In this document: positions 61,133 through 64,000 of the stretch, piece after piece | Numbering within the stretch: position 1 is the stretch's first letter | How the letters are laid out: every line of letters starts with the position of its first letter | From: Nitrospinaceae bacterium | Lineage (GTDB): Bacteria > Nitrospinota > Nitrospinia > Nitrospinales > Nitrospinaceae | DNA length: 64,000 nt | Assembly: GCA_965223665.1 (NCBI GenBank) | Contig: OZ245011.1 | Span: forward strand, 3,072,001 to 3,136,000 | Direction: 5' to 3' | The notes under the pieces: generated by a model | The model's input: only the letters and a program-made list of their open reading frames with translations | Databases searched by the model: none | Told to the model about the DNA's origin: nothing | Made by a program: the position numbers and the translations under genes

Positions 61133-63252
61133 CGACGTACTAATGTAGGGGTTGGATATATATTTAAAAGACTATACAACATTATTTTACTTTCAGTATT
61201 AAACCGACCATCATCTTTTATGTTATAGAATCGTTGGAATTTTGCAACGGCGTCCTTTGTTTTTTTTCCGTAATTAGTAGCTTCTCTTCCCTGAAAAAAT
61301 CCCAATAGCCTGAGGTTTTTTTGTAACCAAATGGATTCTTTCCCTTCATGACCTAATTCCAAAACTCCCGGTAGATTTTCAAAATCCTGCCATACAATTG
61401 AAACCCTATGATTCAATAATGGTTCAATAGTAGATAATGGAATTTCAAGTTTATCGACCGATCCAAAAATACCGTTTGAGCCCTGGATGGAGATTAAAGC
61501 CATGTACTTTGTCCCCTGAGCATTTGGTAAGTTTACCTCTAAAATAGCAGGGTAATTTAATGTAGTTAAATGCTTAATTGTTCCATTCATATCAAAAATG
61601 GAAAGCCCAAAAGCTTCCTCCAATTCGGAAGGATCTAAATTGGAAGCAGTGCGAATTTCCTCTGAAGCAATGTCCCAGCTTTGAAGAATCCATTTAAGAG
61701 CCTCCACTCGGCTCTCTTCTAATGTCAGACTGGATAAGTAGGTAACCAGTTTGTCGGTCTTGGATAAGCGCAAAAGGTCTAATGAAACTCTTTGCGCCGG
61801 GGTCCCCGGTTCCTTAGAAATTGTTTCAACGGCAGTAGGTGCTGGAACAAAGTTTTCTTTTTGAGGTTTGCTTTGAAATGCGTAAGATTTTGTTCCAGGT
61901 TTTTGGTCAGGGATTAATTCTTCATCTTTGTCTGACAGACCACTAGCTTGAACCAGTTGTTTTAGTTTTCTCCCAAAAAGCTCATCCGAAGAAAAGTTGA
62001 AATCCACCAAATAATGTAAGCCCACCAATACAATTGCGGCAGCTGCTACTGCAGAACCAATTACTTTTCCAAAAACTCCCCATCCATTTGGTTTGTAAGC
62101 GGTGCCTCCTATATCTTTTGCAGCAAGCTTTACAATTTTTGGTGTAATTCGTTTTGTGTTTTTTGTATATGCTATTAATAATGCCCGGTCTGCCAGGACG
62201 TTAATCATTCTAGGAATTCCCTGTGTCATTTTGTAAATCCAATCGCAAGCTGCGGGTTCAAAAAACACTCGTCCTTTGCCGCCAGCAACATTTAGTCTAT
62301 GCTGTACATATCCACGGGTCTCTCTTTTATTGAGAGGTAGTAATTTCCATTGAATGGTGATACGTTGCCGTAACTGTCGCAATTTGGTTTGGCGCAATAC
62401 ATCATCTAATTCAGGCTGTCCAATTAGAATGATATGAATTAATTTTTCAGTATCTGTTTCCAAATTTGAAAGTAACCTTAATTCCTCTAAAATAGAGGAA
62501 CTCAGGTTTTGAGCTTCGTCAATTATTACTGCGACCCGATGACCTAGTTTGCGTTTCTGTAGCAGGAACTGATTCAAATCATGTAAAAGATCTCTCTTGT
62601 TTCGTCGTTCACTTTTGAGCCCAAATTCAGAGTTTATGGACTGCAATAAATCAAGTGAACTGATGCATGGATGAAAAATATATGCGAAATGAAAATCGTC
62701 ACCCAGGTCTTTTAAAAAGCTTCGGCAGATAGTGGTTTTTCCAGTACCCACTTCGCCAACCACTTTCAAAAAACCATTGTTATGTTGGAGTCCAAAGACC
62801 AAGTGTGCCAATACTTCTTTGTGTTTTGCACTAAGATAAAGATATTTGGGGTCTGGGGTTAAATCAAAAGGTTTTTCTTTAAAACCAAAATAATCTAAAT
62901 ATACACTGTTATGGTTTTTCCTTTTAATTGTTTGTTCCACCTCACCTACTACTCTCTTTTTAACCTGCTTCAATGTTTCTAAAGATTCAGGAATTCCAGG
63001 TGGATCAGGAATACTCTGAGACCTGTGATAAGCCAACCGTTTGGAAGGGTTCGACAGTGTGTCATAGGCTTTTTGTATTTGTAAAATTTGTTCCCTGGAA
63101 TAATTGACCTTTTGTCCCGAGGGATTTTTTTTCTGGTCAATCGCTGAAATTCGATTTCTATAAGCAGTGGTGATTTCTTTTAATGATGATGAGGGAGGTA
63201 TCCCTAATAGATGGTAATAATCGGGATGTTGAACCTTATCCATGGTATGCAA
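61129..63252 (-). CDS. ExeA/GspA-family AAA ATPase with N-terminal J-like domain and C-terminal peptidoglycan-binding domain
   Basis: YLDYFGFKEKPFDLTPDPKYLY, GEVGTGKTT, IIDEAQNL, LIGQPEL, GIPRMIN, TM helix, WLQ..L...YG..T..AV..FQ....I..DG. Confidence 0.9.
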   Translation of the reverse strand: MHTMDKVQHPDYYHLLGIPPSSSLKEITTAYRNRISAIDQKKNPSGQKVNYSREQILQIQKAYDTLSNPSKRLAYHRSQSIPDPPGIPESLETLKQVKKRVVGEVEQTIKRKNHNSVYLDYFGFKEKPFDLTPDPKYLYLSAKHKEVLAHLVFGLQHNNGFLKVVGEVGTGKTTICRSFLKDLGDDFHFAYIFHPCISSLDLLQSINSEFGLKSERRNKRDLLHDLNQFLLQKRKLGHRVAVIIDEAQNLSSSILEELRLLSNLETDTEKLIHIILIGQPELDDVLRQTKLRQLRQRITIQWKLLPLNKRETRGYVQHRLNVAGGKGRVFFEPAACDWIYKMTQGIPRMINVLADRALLIAYTKNTKRITPKIVKLAAKDIGGTAYKPNGWGVFGKVIGSAVAAAAIVLVGLHYLVDFNFSSDELFGRKLKQLVQASGLSDKDEELIPDQKPGTKSYAFQSKPQKENFVPAPTAVETISKEPGTPAQRVSLDLLRLSKTDKLVTYLSSLTLEESRVEALKWILQSWDIASEEIRTASNLDPSELEEAFGLSIFDMNGTIKHLTTLNYPAILEVNLPNAQGTKYMALISIQGSNGIFGSVDKLEIPLSTIEPLLNHRVSIVWQDFENLPGVLELGHEGKESIWLQKNLRLLGFFQGREATNYGKKTKDAVAKFQRFYNIKDDGRFNTESKIMLYSLLNIYPTPTLVRR

Positions 63253-63308
63253 AAATCCTTAGTTAAGACTTTGCCTTGTTATTGACTTGAAATCGTTTGG
63301 GATAAATA

Positions 63309-63336
63309 ACTTTAAGGTTTTGGAGCAATGAATCAA
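63309..63336 (-). promoter_or_regulatory. Putative sigma-70 promoter of exeA-exeB
   Basis: TTGATT-16nt-TAAAGT. Confidence 0.4.
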
Positions 63337-63539
63337 GTCAGAAACTAACAACTGATAAAATGGGCTAAATTTAGGAACTTATGGTAATGCCTTACTATAC
63401 AATTAGTTGGCCCATAAGTAAATGAAAAATATTCCGATAACGCTTTAAAAATCAAACTGTTCTAAAAATTTTCATTAAAGCCAAATTTTAATCACCAAAC
63501 TAACTGTCATTTGGGGAGTTAAATTATTGTATCAACTTT

Positions 63540-64000
63540 TCATGTTAAATAAGAAACAGATCGATGGGTGAATTTTATGGATTGAGCTTTTATATAAGTA
63601 CTATCGACAAAATTTTCTCCAAAATAGTAAAACATATCGCGATAGTCATTGGTTTTTAGCACGACAAAATTTGCATCTTGTCTGGGAAGTAACCCTCCAT
63701 ATCTATCAGCATGGCCCAAGGCTTTGGCTGATCCATAAGTTGCTGCCGCCAGGGCCTGTTCAGGCGAAATCCGATATAAGGATGCTGCTAAATAAAGAAT
63801 GGTTTGCATATTATATGTGGGAGAACTACCTGGATTACAATCTGTTGCCAGGGCTAAGGGCACTCCTGCATCAATAAAAGAATGAACCAATGGATGTTTT
63901 TGGCCTCCTAAAAACAATGTAACTCCTGGCATTAGTACTGCAACTGTGCCCGAAGCTTGCATGGCTTGAATATCCTTTGGACCCGCAAATTCTAAATGAT
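63540..64000 (-). CDS. hutI: Imidazolonepropionase (3' part only; begins beyond window end)
   Basis: Frame is open to the window edge: (D)HLEF...SGTVAVLMPG...ALATDCNPGSSPT...ALAAAT..SAKALG. Confidence 0.88.
   Translation of the reverse strand, partial: HLEFAGPKDIQAMQASGTVAVLMPGVTLFLGGQKHPLVHSFIDAGVPLALATDCNPGSSPTYNMQTILYLAASLYRISPEQALAAATYGSAKALGHADRYGGLLPRQDANFVVLKTNDYRDMFYYFGENFVDSTYIKAQSIKFTHRSVSYLT

Overview
AT-rich bacterial chromosomal segment made mostly of core genes. It is most likely from a Nitrospinota (Nitrospina-like) organism; this is an inference from the UBact-type modifier sequence and gene context. The most distinctive locus is a complete, translationally coupled arc-dop-UBact-prcB-prcA-pafA operon (890-7184, minus strand). 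This is a Pup-like tagging and 20S proteasome system in a diderm bacterium, and its 58-aa modifier gene (3908-4084, ending RTGQ) is missing from the supplied ORF track. The window also holds ribF, tatB, tRNA/rRNA modification genes, hisI-hisG, mqnA, the TPR-lolB-ispE-tRNA-Gln-prs-rplY-pth-hppA cluster, a TPP-riboswitch-controlled thiS-thiG-thiE-thiC operon, tRNA-Val-thrS-infC(AUU start)-rpmI-rplT-pheS (no pheT), two multiheme cytochromes c, ppa, tRNA-Leu-tig-clpP-clpX-lon, cheR, a GlmM-like/acetyltransferase pair, gspA/gspB (ExeA/B)-like genes and a partial hutI. Unusual points include an in-frame DciA(DUF721)-TPR lipoprotein fusion, a J-like domain on ExeA, a winged-helix tail on the GlmM-like enzyme, a His-rich trigger factor, a perfect sigma-54 promoter for a small membrane protein, a four-unit 11-bp Pho-box-like array, a structured element between tRNA-Val and thrS, and many sigma-70-like promoters with 16-nt spacers. 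No CRISPR array, rRNA, transposase or integrase was seen. All family calls come from motif recognition by eye, not from database searches.
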